Shown here: piece by piece, positions 1 to 13,290 of the stretch
Layout of the letters: each line of letters begins with the position of its first letter
How positions within the stretch are numbered: the stretch's first letter is position 1
NCBI RefSeq assembly: GCF_004010195.1
Contig: NC_057722.1
Coordinates: forward strand, 55,772,436-55,836,435
DNA length: 64,000 bases
Reading direction: 5' to 3'
Source of the DNA: Chiloscyllium plagiosum
Taxonomy: Eukaryota
Notes under the pieces: model-generated
What the model was told of the DNA's origin: nothing
What the model saw: the letters and a program-made list of their open reading frames with translations, nothing else
The model's database searches: none
Made by a program: the position numbers and the translations under genes

Positions 1-499
1 CCTCCTGGACTTTCAAATTGGCACAGATTAATTATGGAATGTATTCCCCTTGACTTCCTTACAAATATGGTGCACCGAAAGACCGAATTATTTTATAAAA
101 TATGGCAGCCCTTTTTGAATTACATAAATACAGATATTTCGGCTATCCTAACAAGGGCTTTTATTTAATTGAGATTACAAACCTGGCTGGTCCGCGGCCC
201 CTCGGGGGAGGAATCCCGTACGAATACGGATTTTATTATATCTGATGCTAACACATCCCGAGCATGTAAGAGACTTAAATATACACTCTGGTTAGTTGTA
301 GGTTAGATTAGTAGATAGTTGAGTTTTGTTTTGTTTTTTCTTTTCGGGTTTTTTTTTCTGTTGTTTTGTTTTTTTTTGTTAAATTTTGGCTATTGTATAT
401 TTGAGCTAATTGTATATCAATGTTTATATCTGAGAGTTTTGTTTATTTTTGTAAACTTGTAAAAATGTTAAATTTCTAATAAAAATATCTAAAAAAAAA
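1..499 (+). mobile_element. 3' end of an L1-clade LINE (ORF2 C-terminus, 3'UTR, poly-A)
   Basis: Frame 1 reads PPGLSNWHRLIMECIPLDFLTNMVHRKTELFYKIWQPFLNYI...* (TAA 166-168), matching the FxKxWxPF end motif of fish-type L1 ORF2. A T-rich 3'UTR, AATAAA at 478-483 and an A-tail at 491-499 follow. Confidence 0.75.
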
Positions 500-699
500 T
501 TATTTATTTTGTTCATCATCAACAATGAAAATAAAACCACAGTCTGTTTGAATAGCACCATATACACCCACATCTCAAGGCTTGGCTGCCAACTGTACAT
601 AAAGAAAAACATGATATCAAGTCAACAAGTGGCAATATTAGCAAGGATAGCTAAAAGGTTGGTTATAGGTGATTTTTAAGGAACTGAACACCTAAAAGT

Positions 700-890
700 A
701 AAGTCACCATATTTTTACCAGACCTTGGGGCTGTTCTCTCATTAGAGAGAGATGACTAATCAACACACCCTCAGGGAAGGGAGAGGTTAAGTCCTTCGTA
801 GTAACCTCAGCAGGTGTGGAATTGAACCTATGTTATTGATATCATTCATGCATTAGCACCTAGCCTGTCAACCAACTGAGCTAAACCAAA
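700..890 (-). mobile_element. tRNA-derived SINE remnant
   Basis: Reverse-strand box A-like (ccaactgagctaa) and box B-like (ggaattgaacct) motifs at tRNA-like spacing. Confidence 0.45.
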
Positions 891-1529
891 CCCCATTGAA
901 CTGGTATGTGATTGGGAAGGGAGCAGAAGGCAAGGAGTTTCAATTTGACTGAGTATGGGTGAATTAAAGAAATTGAGAAGACAGTGCTCCCAGTGAACCC
1001 CCCTCAAGATATTTGAAATAGAAATATTTGTTAGATAATCAGGCCAAATATATCAGAGGTGGATTGTTTAACATCTTACTTGGAATATACAGTATTCATA
1101 ATATGCTATTTTGTTGTGGATTTGTTTTATTAGTGATTAATAACTACTGGTATATTTAATTTGAGCAACAGAACATGACATTGTTAGTGTTTATATATTT
1201 GTCCAGGGCCTATAAGTGTTGTGCCTCTAATGTGCAGAAAATGTCTGTCTGATCTTTGAAGTGCTCAAAGTTCTGATATCTTTTCCTCTATGCCAATTTC
1301 ATGCATGGAAGCATTCTGACAATAAATCCAATTTCATAAATTACAGACAAAAATATAGCTCATCGGCAAAGGTACACTTCTGAAGCAGGAATAAATAAAG
1401 TGATTGAAATTGTTTGATAGAATGGGAAAGATAAGTAAAGTATGCAGCACAGCAGCAGTCTGGAATGTTGTCACTTCACCGTGATGGTTTACTGCTACAA
1501 TTCTCTTTAAGCGTAACAAAGTTTGCTTG

Positions 1530-1850
1530 GTTCGCATGCTTCCCTTTATTGATCAGTGCATTGAGTAATAGATGTTGGGAGGTCATGTTGTGGCTGTACA
1601 GGACATTGGTTAGGCCACTGTTGGAATACTGCATTCATTTCAGGTCTCCCTTCTTTCGGAAAGATATTATGAAACTTGAAAGGATTCAGAAAAAGATTTA
1701 CAAGCATGTTGTCAGGGTTGGAGGGTTTGAGCTGTACAGGGAGAGGCCAAATAGGCTGGGTCTATTTTTCCTGGAACATCAGAGGCTGAAGGGTGACCTT
1801 ATAGAGGGGCATGGATAGGGTAAATAGTCAAGGTTTTTTGCGACAGTTGG
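1530..1850 (+). mobile_element. CR1 LINE ORF2 C-terminal fragment
   Basis: LYRTLVRPLLEYC...LFFLEHQRLKGDLIE motifs typical of the end of CR1 ORF2. Confidence 0.85.
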
Positions 1851-4800
1851 GAATTGGGAGGAATGACAGCGAGGACCAGAGGCCCGAGGGGAAGGTAAAT
1901 TTAAAGTATATAAACTTACCTCGTGTATAGGCAGAGTGCACACTGAACAGGAGCGGACACAGAACTGCTGGTTAAGTGTGGTTTTATATTTGGGTGATTG
2001 CTTTACCTGAAACACTACTCAGGTAGTGTCTCCTACCCATCCTCCTCCTCCTCTAACCAAAGAAAAGGTTCTATGGTAAGTGGACTAGTTCTTTTATTTT
2101 AGTTTTCAGCAGTCTTGTTGGGAATTTAGAATAGTAGGAATAATAGTTAGGGCAGTTGAATGTTCCTCCTGCAGAATGTGGGAAGTAAGGGTCACTACTA
2201 GTGTCCCTGCTGACTGCATCTGCGGGAAGTGCACCCAACTCCAACTCCTTGAAAACCGCATTAGGGAACTGGAGCTGGATGAACTTCGGATCATTCGGGA
2301 AGCAGAGGGGGTTATTGAGAGGAGTTACAGGGAGGTAGTCACACCTCAGGTACAAGAAGAAAGTAGATGGGTTACCGTCAGTGGACAGAAAGGGAACTGG
2401 CAGACAGTGCAGGGATCCCCTGTGGCCATTCCCCTCAACAACAAGTATACAATTCTGGATACTGTTGTGGGGGGGAAACGACTTATCGGGGTAAGCAATG
2501 AGGCACTGGTCTCTGACACAGAGTCTGTTCCTGTTGCTCAGAAGGGAAGGGCAAGATGAGCAGAGCATTAGCCATTGGGGACTCCATAGTTCAGGGGACA
2601 GATAGGAGGTTCTGTGGGAATGAGAGAGACCATGGTTGGTATGTTGCCTCCCAGGTGCCAGTATTCATGATGTCTCTGATCATGTTTTCGGGATCCTTGA
2701 GAAGGAGGGGAGCATCCCCAAGTCGTGGTCCACATAGGCACCAAAGACATTGGTAGGAAAAGAGATGGGGATTTAAGGCAGAAATTCAGGGAGGTAGGGT
2801 GGAAGCTTAGAGCCAGGACAAACAGAATTGTTATCTCTGGTTTGTTGCCCGCGCCATGTGCTAATGAGGTGAGGAATTGGGAGAGGAGTGGAACACATGG
2901 CTACATGGATGGTGCAGGAGGGAGGGTTTTGGATTCCTGGATTATTGGGGCTCTTTCTGGGTTAGGTGGGACCTTTACAAACAGGATAGTCTGCACCTGA
3001 ACCAGAGGGGCACCAATATCCCAGGGTGTGGGGGTGAATTTGCTAATGCTCTCCAGGTGGGTTTAAACTAATTCAGCAGGGAGATGTGAACCCAAATTGT
3101 AGTACAAGTATACAGGAGGTTGAGAGTAGTGAGGTCCGAAATAAGGTTTCAAGGTCATAAGAGGGCACTGGCAAGCAAGAAGATGGTTTGAAGTGTATCT
3201 ACTTCAACGCCAGAGCATCCGGAATAAGGTGGGTGAACTTGTAACATGGGTTTGTACCTGGGATTTTGATGTTGTAGCCATTTCAGAGACATGGATAGAG
3301 CAGGACAGGAATGGTTGTTGCAGGTTCTGGGATGTAGATGTTTCAGTAAGAACAGAGAAGGGTTAGTCAAAGACAGTATTATGGTGGCAGAAAAAACATT
3401 TGAGGACTTGGCTACTGAGGTAATATGGGCTGAGGTTAGAAACAGGAAAGGTGAGGTCACCCTGTTGGGAGTTTTCTATAGGCCTCTGAATAGTTCCAGA
3501 GATGTAGAGGAAAGGATAGCAAAGATGAATCTCGATGAGAGTGAGAGTGACAGGGTAGTTATTATGAAGGTCTTTAACTTTACAAATATTGACTGGGTAT
3601 ACGATAGGTCAAGTATTTTAGATTGGTCAATTTTTGTCCAATGTGTGCAGGGTGGTTTCCTGACACAGTATGTAGACAAGTCAACAAGGAGTGAGGCCAC
3701 ATTAGATTTGGTACTGGGTAATGAATGCGGCCAGGTATTAGATTTGGAGGTAGGTGAGCACTTTAGTGATAGACCACAATTCGGTTATGTTTACTTTAGC
3801 AATGGAAAGGGATAGGTATGTACTGCAGAGCAAGAATTATAGCTACGGGAAAGGCAATTACAATGCAATTAGGCAAGATTTAGGATGTATAGCATGGGGA
3901 AGGAAATTGCGAGGGGATGGGTACTGAAATTTGGAGCTTATTCAAGGAACAGCTACTGCAGGTCCTTGATAAGTATGTACCTGCCAGGCAGGGAGGAATA
4001 TATTGAGCACGGGAGCCATGGTTTACTAAGGAAGTTGAATTTCTTGTCAAGAGGAAGAAGATGACTTGTGTTAGGATGAGATGTCAAGGCTCAGTTAGGG
4101 CGCTTGAGAGTTATAGGTTAGCCAGGAAAGGCCTAAAGAAAGAGTTAAATGGAGCCAGGAGGGGACATGAGAAGTCATTGGTGGATACGATCAAGGAAAA
4201 CTCAAAGGCTTTCTGTAGGTATATCAGGAATAAAAGAATGGCCCTAATCTTACTCTAGTCCATCAAGGATAGTAATGGGAAGTTGTGCTTGGAGTCAGAG
4301 GAAATGGGGGAAGTACTAAATGAATATTTTTCATCAGTATTCACACTAGAAAAAGGCAATGTTGTCGAGGAGAATACTGAGATACAGGCTACTAGAGTAG
4401 ATGGGATTGAGGTTCACAAGGAGGAGGTGTTACAATTCTGGAAAGTGTAAAAATAAATAAGTCCCCTGGGCCAGATGGGATTTATCCTGCGATTCTCTGG
4501 AAGCCAGGGAGGAGATTGCCAAGCCTTTGGCTTTGATCTTTATGTTGTCATTGTCTACAGGAATAATGCCAGAAGACTGAAAGATAGCAAATGTTCCCTT
4601 GTTAAAGAAGGGGAGTAGAGACAACCCTGGTAATTATAGACAAGTGAGCCTTACTTTGGTTGTGAATAAGGTGTTGGAAAAGGTTATAAGAGATAGGATT
4701 TATAATCATCTGGAAAGAATAAGCTGATTGGGGATAGTCAACACCATTTTGTGAAGGGTAGGTCATGCCTCACAAACCTTATTGAGTTCTTTGAGAAGGT

Positions 4801-5934
4801 GATCAAACAGGTGGATGAGGGTAAAGTGGTTGATGTGGTGTATATGGCTTTCAGTAAGGTACTTGATAAGGCTCCCCATGGTAGGCTATTGCACAAAATA
4901 CAGACCATGGAATTGAGGGTGATTTAGTGGTTTGGATCAGAAATTGGCTAGCTGAAAGGAGACAGAGGGTGGTGGTTGATGGGAAATGTTCATCCTGGAG
5001 TTCATTTACTAGTGGTGTACCGCAAGGGTCTGTTTTGGGGTCACTGCTGTTTGTCATTTTTATAAATAACCTGAATGAGGGCATAGAAGGATAGGTTAGT
5101 AAATTTGTGAATAACACTAAGGTCGGTGGAGTTGTGGACAGTGTGGAAGGATGTTGCAGGTTACAGAGGGAAATAGATAAGCTGCAGATCTGGGCTGAGA
5201 GGTGGAAAATGGAGTTTAATGTGGAAAAGTGTGAGGTGATTCACTTTTGAAGGAGTAACAGGAATACAGAGTACTGGGCTAATGGTAAGATTCTTGGTAG
5301 TGTGAATGAGCAGAGACATCTTGGTGTCCATGTGCATAAATCCCTGGAAGTTGCCATATTCGTTGATAGGATTGTTAAGGCATACAGTATGTTATCCTTC
5401 ATTGGTAGAGGGTTTGAGTTTCAGAGCCACGAGGTCATGTTGCATCTGTACAAAACTCTAGTGCAGTCGCACTTGGAGTATTGGTACTGGAAAAAGTGAT
5501 TCCATTTCATGGAGCATTGGCATCAGTTCTGGAACCAGGGAGGATCTGTACTGTTGGGACGGTCTCCACCTGAACCAATCTGGAACCAGTGTTCTAGCGA
5601 AAAGGGCAAATAGGGTGGTTAGTCGGACTTTAAACTTCTGACTTAGGGGAAGGGAAAATGAAAGCAACAGGGAGCATGGAGTTAAATGGAAAGACAAGCA
5701 GCGGGAATAGAATATGTGCAGGTGGGTTTAAGCTCAAGGCAAACTAGGAATGCAGCAAGAAGGAAGGATAACTGAGGACATCTTATGATTTCCAATATCT
5801 CGAATAATGATAAAAAAGTTAGCATTAAAGCAATTTACCCGAATGCTCGTAGTATTCGTAACAAAGTAGATGAATTAATGGTACAAATCATTGTGAATGA
5901 TTATGATGTGGTAGGCATCACAGAGATGTGGTTG

Positions 5935-6050
5935 TTAGATAAGGGGTAAATGTAGGGGTATGGGTGGGTTGCGCTTCGGCGGGTCGGTGTGGACTTGTTG
6001 GGCCGAAGGGCCTGTTTCCACACTGTAAAGTAATCTAATCTAATCTAATC
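5935..6050 (+). mobile_element. HE1-type SINE 3' fragment inserted in the nested CR1
   Basis: Near-identical to the 3' part of the SINE at 30973-31293, with a (TAATC)n tail. Confidence 0.85.
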
Positions 6051-6938
6051 CAAGGATTTACAACTTATTGAAAAGATAGGGAGGTGGGCAGAGCGGGCAG
6101 TGTTGCCTTGTTAGTTAAGAATGAATTTAAATCTATGGCATTGAATGACAGATGATGTAGAGTCTGTGTGGGTAGAGTTGAGGAACCACAAAGGCAAAAA
6201 AACCAAAACGGGAGTTATGTACAGACCTCCTAACAGTGGTCAGGTTCAGGGGTTCAAGATGTACCGGGAAATAGATAGGGCATGTCAGAAAGGCATGGTC
6301 ACGGTGATCATAGGGGACTTCAATATGCAACTGAACTGGGTGAATAATGTTGCCGTTGGATCCAAAGAAAGGGAATTCATGGAATGCTTACAGGATGGCT
6401 TTTTGGAACACAAGGGGACAGGCTATTCTGGACTTAGTGCTATGTAATGAGCCAGACTTTATAAAAGATCCTAAAGTAAGGGAACACTTAGGAGGCAGCG
6501 ATCATAATATGATAGAGTTCAGTCTGCAGTTTGAAAGAATGAGGGCAATATCGGTTGTAATGGTATTACAGTTAAATAAAGGTAATTAAAGGGGCATGAG
6601 AGAGGAACAGACGAAAATTGACTGGAAGGAGAGCCTAGCGGGGAAGACAGTAGAGCAACAATGGCAGGAGTTTGTGGGTGAAATTGAGGATGCAGTACAG
6701 AGGTTCATCCCAAAGAAAAGAAAGATTATCGGGGGGGGTGGGATTAGACAGCCATGGCTAAAAAGGAAGTCAGGAAACATCTCAAAGAAAAAGAGAGAGC
6801 CTATAACATGGCAAAGAGCACTGAGAAATCAGAAGATTGGAAAGATTACAAAACCAACAGAGGATAACAAAGAGAAAACTAAGGAAGGAGAGGATCAAAT
6901 ATGAAGGTAGGCTAGCCAGTGATATTAGAAATGATAGT

Positions 6939-7031
6939 TGAAAATGTGTTGCTGGAAAAGCGCAGCAGGTCAGGCAGCATCCAGGGAACAGGAGAATCGA
7001 TGTTTCGGGCATAAGCCTTTCTTCTTTCTCC
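6939..7031 (-). mobile_element. Short Penelope-type terminal-repeat fragment with 16-bp TSD
   Basis: TATTAGAAATGATAGT is duplicated at 6923-6938 and 7032-7047. The insert matches the 43386-43576 family and carries a truncated hammerhead core on the - strand. Confidence 0.75.
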
Positions 7032-9559
7032 TATTAGAAATGATAGTAAAAGTTCCTTTCAATACAGAAGAAACAAACGAGAGGCAAAAGTAGACATTGG
7101 CCAAATTGATGCTGGAAGGCCAGTCATGGGAGATAAGCAAATAGCTGAAGAATTTAATAAGTACTTTCTGTCAGTCTTCACAGTGGAAGACATGAGTAAT
7201 ATCCCAACAATTAAGGAGAATCAGGGGTCGATTTCAGTATAGTATGGCTACAGTATAGTAGCCATGACAAAAGAGAAAGTGCTAGAAAGGTCTAAAAATT
7301 GATAAATCTCCTGGTCCCAATGGGCTACATCCTAGAGTTCTGAGGGAGATAGCTGAGGAAATAGTGGAGGCATTGGTTGTGATCTTTCAAAAGTCCCTGG
7401 AGTCAGGAAAAGTACCAGATGATTGGAAAATCGCTGTTGTAACCCCCTTGTTCAAGAAAGGATCAAGACAAAAGATGGAAAATTATAGGCCGCTTAGCCT
7501 AACCTCAGTTGTTGGTAAAATTCGAGAATCCATCGTTAAGGATGAGACTTCTAAATTCTTGGAATTGCAGGGTCAGATTAGAACAAGTCAGCATGGATTT
7601 AATAAGGTCGTGCCTGACAAACCTGTTATTATTCTTTGAGGAGGTAACAAATAGGTTAGACCAGGGAAACTCAGTGGATGTTATTTATCTAGACTTCCAA
7701 AAGGCCTTTGATAAGGTGCCTCACGGGAGGCTGCCAAGTAAGCTGAGGGCCCATGGTGTTCGAGGTGAGCTATTGGATGGATTGGGGATTGGCTGTCTGA
7801 CAGAAGGCAGAGAGTTGGGATAAAAGGTTCTTTTTTGGAATGGCAGCCAGTGACAAATGGTGTGCCACAGAGTTCAGTATTGGGGCCATAGCTGTTCACT
7901 TTATATCTTAATGATCTGGATGAAAGGACTGTGGGCATTCTGGCAAAGTTTGCCGATGATATGAAGTTAGGTGGACAGGCAGGCAGGACTGAGGAGGTGG
8001 GAAGGCTGCAGAAATATTTAGACAGTTTAGGAGAGTAGACCAGGAAATGGCTAATGAAATTCAACGTGAGCAAATGCGAGGTCTTGCACTTTAGTAAAAT
8101 GAATACAGGCATGGACTATTTTCTGAACGGTGAGAAAATTCATAAAGCCAACATACAAAGGGATCTGGGAGTGCTAGTCCAGGATTCTCTAAAGGTCAAC
8201 TTACAGGCTGAGTCCGTGATTAAGAAAGCGAATATAATGTTGTCATTTATCTCAAAAGGGTTGGAATATAAAAGCAGCAATGTGGAGATTTTATAAAGCT
8301 CTAGTTAGGCCCCATTTAGAATACTGTGTCCAATTTTGGGCCCCACACGTCAGGAAGGACATACTGGCACTGGAGCGTGTCCAGCGGAGATTCACATGGA
8401 TGAGTCCTGGAATGGTAGGCCTAACATACAATGAATGGCTGAGGATCATGGGATTGTATTCATTAGAGTTTAGAAGGTTGAGGGGAGATCTAATAGAACC
8501 TTACAAGATAATGCATGCTTAGAAAAGGTGGACGCTGAGAAGTTGTTTCCGTTAGGTGGGGAGACTAGGCCTTAGAGGGGGTAAATTTAGAACGGAAATG
8601 AAGTGACATTTCTTCAGCCAGAGAGTGGTGGGCCTGTGAAATTCATTACCACGGAACGCAGTGGAGGCTGGGATGTTAAATGTCTTCAAGGCAGAGATTG
8701 ATAATTTCTTGATCTCGCAAGGAATTAAGGGCTAAGGGAGAGTTCAGGTAAGTAGAGTTGAAATGCCCATCAGTCATGATTAAGTGGCAGAGTGGACTCA
8801 ATGGACTGAATGGCCTTACTTCCTCTGTCTTATGGTCTTATTGTGTACAGTTCTGGTCGCTGCATTATACTAAGGATGTGGAAGCATTTGAAAGGGTGCA
8901 GAGGAGATTTCCCAGGATGTTGCCTGATATGGAGGGAAGATCTTATGAGGTAAAGCTGAGGGATTTGAAGCTGTTTCGTTAGAGAGAAGAAGGTTGAAAG
9001 GTGACTTAATAGAGACATACGAGATGATCAGAGGATTAGATAGGCTGGACAGTGAGAGCCTTTTTCTTCTGATGCTGACGGCTAGCTCAAGGGAACATAG
9101 CTTTAAATTGAGGGGTGATAGATATAGGACAGATGTCAGAGGTAGGTTCTTTACTCAGAGAATAGTAAGGGCGTGGAACACTCTGCCTTCAACAGTAGTA
9201 TACTCACCAACTTTAAGGGAATTTAAATGTCCATTGGATAAATATATGGATGATAATGGAATAGTGTAGGTTAGATGCGCTTCACATTGGTTTCACAGGT
9301 TGCCGCAACATCGAGGACCGAAGGGCCTGTACGGCGCTGTAATGTTGTGTTCTATGTTAAGTAGTTCTCTTGTTAGGTTGCTTCTCCACTTTAAATACAA
9401 ATCTAGTTCTGGTGAGAAAGACCTGGGACATTCACACTGAGTGAGTTTCTGCAGTGCACTCCAGTAAAGGACTGAATAACGGTGAAATACAGGAATTGAA
9501 AACACAGAAGGAGCAATTGGGTCATGGCTTCAAAAGTCATATTGGATAGTAAACAGTAT

Positions 9560-9960
9560 TAAAACACAGAACATAAAACAGGATGGGATAGGACAGGATG
9601 GAATAGCAACATGTCTGTGCTGACCATAATGCCATTCTAAACTAATCCCATCTGACTACACACATTCTGTATCCTCCTATTCCCTCCCTGTTCACATGTC
9701 TGTCCAAATGCCTCTTAAACATTGCTATCATATCTGTTTCTACCATCTCCCCTGACAGCATGTTCCAGACACCAACACTCTCTGTAAAATAATTTGCGTT
9801 GCACATTTCCTTTAAACTTTCTCCCTCTCACCTTAAATCCAATCTCCTGGTATTTGACATTTCTAGTCTGAGAAAAAGATGCCGACTATCCACCTGATCC
9901 ATTCCTCTCATAATTTTATACCTTTCTACCAGGTCAACCCTCAGCCTCAATGATCTAGGG
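9560..9960 (-). mobile_element. CR1 LINE 3' fragment
   Basis: Reverse complement of CR1 ORF2 end and 3'UTR, similar to other copies in the window. Confidence 0.7.
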
Positions 9961-10189
9961 AAAACAAGGAAACAAAAAAGAACAACTTCTGAGGGCAATT
10001 AGGTGGCATGGCTGGCAAATTGTTGGAAACAGAAACTCACATTTGTACATATATTGTTACTTTACATCATCATCTGCTTGATCGACTGTCATTGTAACTA
10101 CATGTACAAGTTCAAACAAAAATACTATGGGAGCATGTCAAAGGCGCAGCTAGGATTGATGATAGCAATTTTTTTTTTGTTCATGCGCA

Positions 10190-11600
10190 AGACGTGAGCA
10201 TCACTGACTAGGCCTGCATTTATTGTCCGTCCTTGTTTGCCCCAGAGAAGGAGGAAGTGAACACTGCAGTCTTTGGGTTATAGGGAGACCCACAGTGTTG
10301 TTAGGATGGGAGTTACAGGATTTTGACCCAGTAACAGTGAAGGAACAGCGATATAGTTCTATGTCAGGAATAAGTGTTACTTGGAGAGGAACTTGCAGGG
10401 AGTTCCATTGTTCCTTTTTGGCGATAGAGGTCACAAGTTTGGAATATATTTTCAAAGATGCCTTGCTGAGTTACTCCAGTGAACCTTATGGATAGTACAT
10501 ATGCTGCCACTGTGCATTGGTGGTGAAGGGAGTAAATGTTGATGGTAGTGGATGGGTGGCAATCATCCCTGTAGATGGTGGACAGGTACTGGAGAGAGAG
10601 AAAGTTATATTTGCAGCAGGTCACAGACTAGGAATCCTCTAACAGGTAACTCACCTCCCACCTCCCCAAAACCATCCAACATCTATTAGAGCTAAGTCAG
10701 GAGTATACCAACATGCATGGGTGAGGGCAGCTCCAACAACACTCAAACATTTAACATCATCCAGGACAAAGTAGCCCACTTGATTAGCATTTCAACCTTT
10801 CATTCCCTCCACCATCAATGCATAGTAACAGTAGTGTGTACCAACTACAGAGTGCACTGTAAACATTCACCAATGTTCCTCAGGCAGGACTTTCCAAATC
10901 CACAACTCCCGCCTTCTAGGTAAACAAGGGCAGCAGATAAATGGAACACTCCCACCTGCAAGTTCCCCTCTGGGGCACTCACCATCCTGAGTTGAAACTT
11001 CATTACTATTCCTTCATAGTCAGTGGGTCAGAAGTATGGAATTCCCTTCCTAACAGAACTTTGGATGTACCAGTATCAAACGGACAGCAGCTGTTTAAGA
11101 AAACAGCTCACCCTCACCTTTTCAAAGGTAATTATGAATGGGCAATAAATACTGGTCCAGCCAGAGAAGCCCAAATCCCCTGAATTATTACAAAAAAAAA
11201 TAATTTTTAGCCTCTGACGTGCTCATGTAGCTACAGTTCTGGTCAATGATTAACCCCCAAGGTGTTGATAATGGGAAGATCAGTAATGGAAATGCTGATG
11301 GAAGACAGGAGAATGGGTTGAGAAATATATCAGCCACGATTGAATGGCAGAGCAGACTTGAAGGGTCAAATGGCCTAATTCTGCTCCTATGTTTTATGGT
11401 CTAATGTTGCTTGCCATTTATCAGCCCAAGACTGGGTCTGTTTGCATTTCAACATGCACTGCTTCAATATCTAATGATTCACCAATGGTACAATCATCAA
11501 TAGTACAGCAAACATCCCCACTTCCGATTTCATAATGGTGGGAAGGTCAGTAATGAACCTGAAGATGGTTGGGCCTACCCTGAGAAATTCCTGCAATTAT
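10190..11600. mobile_element. Old degenerate LINE/SINE remnants in both orientations
   Basis: 10201-10550 is a diverged reverse complement of about 10790-11180. CR1-like 3' UTR text occurs at about 11320-11400. Confidence 0.5.
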
Positions 11601-12339
11601 TAGTGTTGGAAAATGTTCAGAAGCATGCATTCAAGACAATTAATTAACTTGACCTTGAAAGCTATGAACATAGAATCTAGAGTTGTTTTGAGAGAATGAA
11701 TCATAGTTGCAATGTAATATCCTTGTTCTTGTAAATGTTTAATAGGGACTATCTGTTTTACAACACCTCAATAACAGATCACAAGAGGATAGCATTTTAG
11801 ATATTACAGCCTAATTTACAGATGGTATCTAAAATCTGTAATGATAAGTTTTATCTTTTGAAGAATATACCTCTAGGTTTAGTGCAGAGCCAGTGCTTGA
11901 ATTGGTAACCTCTGATTGCAAGTTGCAAATTTTGATAGAAATAATTTCCAAATGCAAGGTGGTACATGGAGGGCAATACAGGAAGAGACTAGTATGGAAC
12001 ACAGGTACAGATATAAACTACTTGTCCAAATAGCCTACATCTGGTCTTTAAAATTCTGTGACACTTGCACCTTCTGTTATGTTTAAAGAACACACCAGAA
12101 AGGAGTGGTGAAAGAAAGAAAGATACATTTGGGGAGCTAAGGAACATAAGTGATGTTACATGCTGATGAAGAACCATATTTTAAGCTTACAACATTTACA
12201 CTAGAATTGCAACTGTCCTCCACATATCTCAGGATAGTGCACATAATGTCCTTTCTTGTTTATTGTTTGAGATGCACTAGCAGTCCACTGACAGTGTGCA
12301 GCTCCATTTCCTTTGAGCTTGCACAGCCTGTGCTTACTG

Positions 12340-12680
12340 TTACCAGCCGGTGCTGCAGGGGGCGCATTCACCGGCGCCGAAGCCTGGACCATCATGCTTC
12401 CAGCCAGTGGTTCGTTGTTTGTGTGGATGACGCATGAATGGCGCGCCGAGGGGGCGGGGCGTGGACACGTGCGCGCGCGCCGGGGGCCGAGGGGCTGCAG
12501 GGCGGTGGGGCACATGGCGGCGGCCCCGGGGTCCCGCCGGCGGAGGAGGCAGCAGCGCTAGTAGCTGTACTCAGGTAACGGCCGTGGCCGGGAGAAGGGG
12601 CCTTGTGTGGCAAGTGGCCCCAGAGCCTTGTCTGCTGCCCGGCGACTGGGAGCTGGCCTGCGGCGACAGGATCCACAAGT
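12340..12680 (+). promoter_or_regulatory. SENP5: CpG-island promoter of SENP5
   Basis: Abrupt GC/CpG-rich island with CRE-like TGACGCA (12428-12434), GC box GGGGCGGGGC (12451-12460), E-box CACGTG (12466-12471), NRF1-like TGCGCGCGC and YY1-like CATGGCGGC. Confidence 0.8.
12490..12574 (+). other. SENP5: SENP5 predicted non-coding exon 1 (TSS approximate) containing a 15-codon uORF
   Basis: Strong donor CAG|GTAACG at 12574/12575 inside the CpG island. The main ATG lies in the next exon. Confidence 0.7.
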
Positions 12681-12737
12681 AGACCCCTGGAGAATGGGGT
12701 GGGAGGGAGACAGAGAACTGGCCACAGAGCGGAACCC

Positions 12738-13290
12738 CAGAGAGAGAAAGGAGGATGGGCAGAGTGTATACAGAGAACCAGAGAGAGAAAGGAGGATGGG
12801 CAGTGTGTATACAGAGAACCAGAGAGAGAAAGGAGGATGGGCAGAGTGTATACAGAGAACCAGAGAGAGAAAGGAGGATGGGCTGAGTGTATACAGAGAA
12901 CCAGAGAGAGAAAGGAGGATGGGCAGAGTGTATACAGACAACCAGAGAGAAAGGAGGATGGGCAGAGTGTATACAGAGAACCAGAGAGAAAGGAGGATGG
13001 GCAGAGTGTATAAAGAGAACCAGAGAGAAAGGAGGGTGGGCAGTGTGTATACAGAGAACCAGAGAGAGAAAGGAGGATGGGCAGAGTGTATAAAGAGAAC
13101 CAGAGAGAAAGGAGGGTGGGCAGTGTGTATACAGAGAACCAGAGAGAGAAAGGAGGATGGGCAGAGTGTATACAGAGAACCAGAGAGAGAAAGGAGGATG
13201 TGCAGAGTGTATACAGAGAACCAGAGAGAGAAAGGAGGATGTGCAGGGTGTATACAGAGAACCAGAGAGAGAAAGGAAGATGTGCAGGGT
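12738..13290. repeat. Minisatellite, about 14 copies of a 39/41-bp purine-rich unit
   Basis: Unit CAGAGAG(AG)AAAGGAGGATGGGCAGAGTGTATACAGAGAAC repeated head-to-tail. It explains the overlapping repetitive ORFs. Confidence 0.97.

Larger units (their letters stand above)
5484..8838 (+). mobile_element. Second, 5'-truncated CR1 LINE nested in the first
   Basis: Starts in the ORF1 esterase end (DGLHLN frame), followed by ORF2 fragments (GVMYRPPNS, IIGDFN, GGSDHN, NYRPLSLTS, YLDFQKAFDKVPH, LEYCVQFW). Ends in a TCTTATGG-type tail. TATTG occurs at both junctions (5479-5483, 8839-8843). Confidence 0.9.
1853..9357 (+). mobile_element. Near full-length degenerate CR1 (HER1-like) LINE, interrupted at about 5484-8838 by a second CR1
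   Basis: ORF1 remnants: CxxC..CxxC zinc finger, coiled coil and SGNH esterase motifs (GDSIV, VHIGTKDIG, DSLHLN). ORF2: APE motifs (GVFYRP, LDLVL) and RT motifs ([10 protein letters not shown]). The reading breaks at LEY (about 5483) and resumes YCVQFWS at about 8839. TGTTCTA-type tail at about 9357. Many stops and frameshifts. Confidence 0.9.

Noticed and set aside
2176-9269. Functional reverse transcriptase or esterase host genes
   Set aside because: Fragmented by many stops and frameshifts; these are dead CR1 copies.
1-12300. PAK2 exons expected upstream by synteny
   Set aside because: No kinase-like exon could be recognised; the region is almost entirely retroelement-derived.
12738-13290. 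CRISPR-like regular repeat
   Set aside because: The units are contiguous with no unique spacers, there are no cas genes, and the context is eukaryotic.
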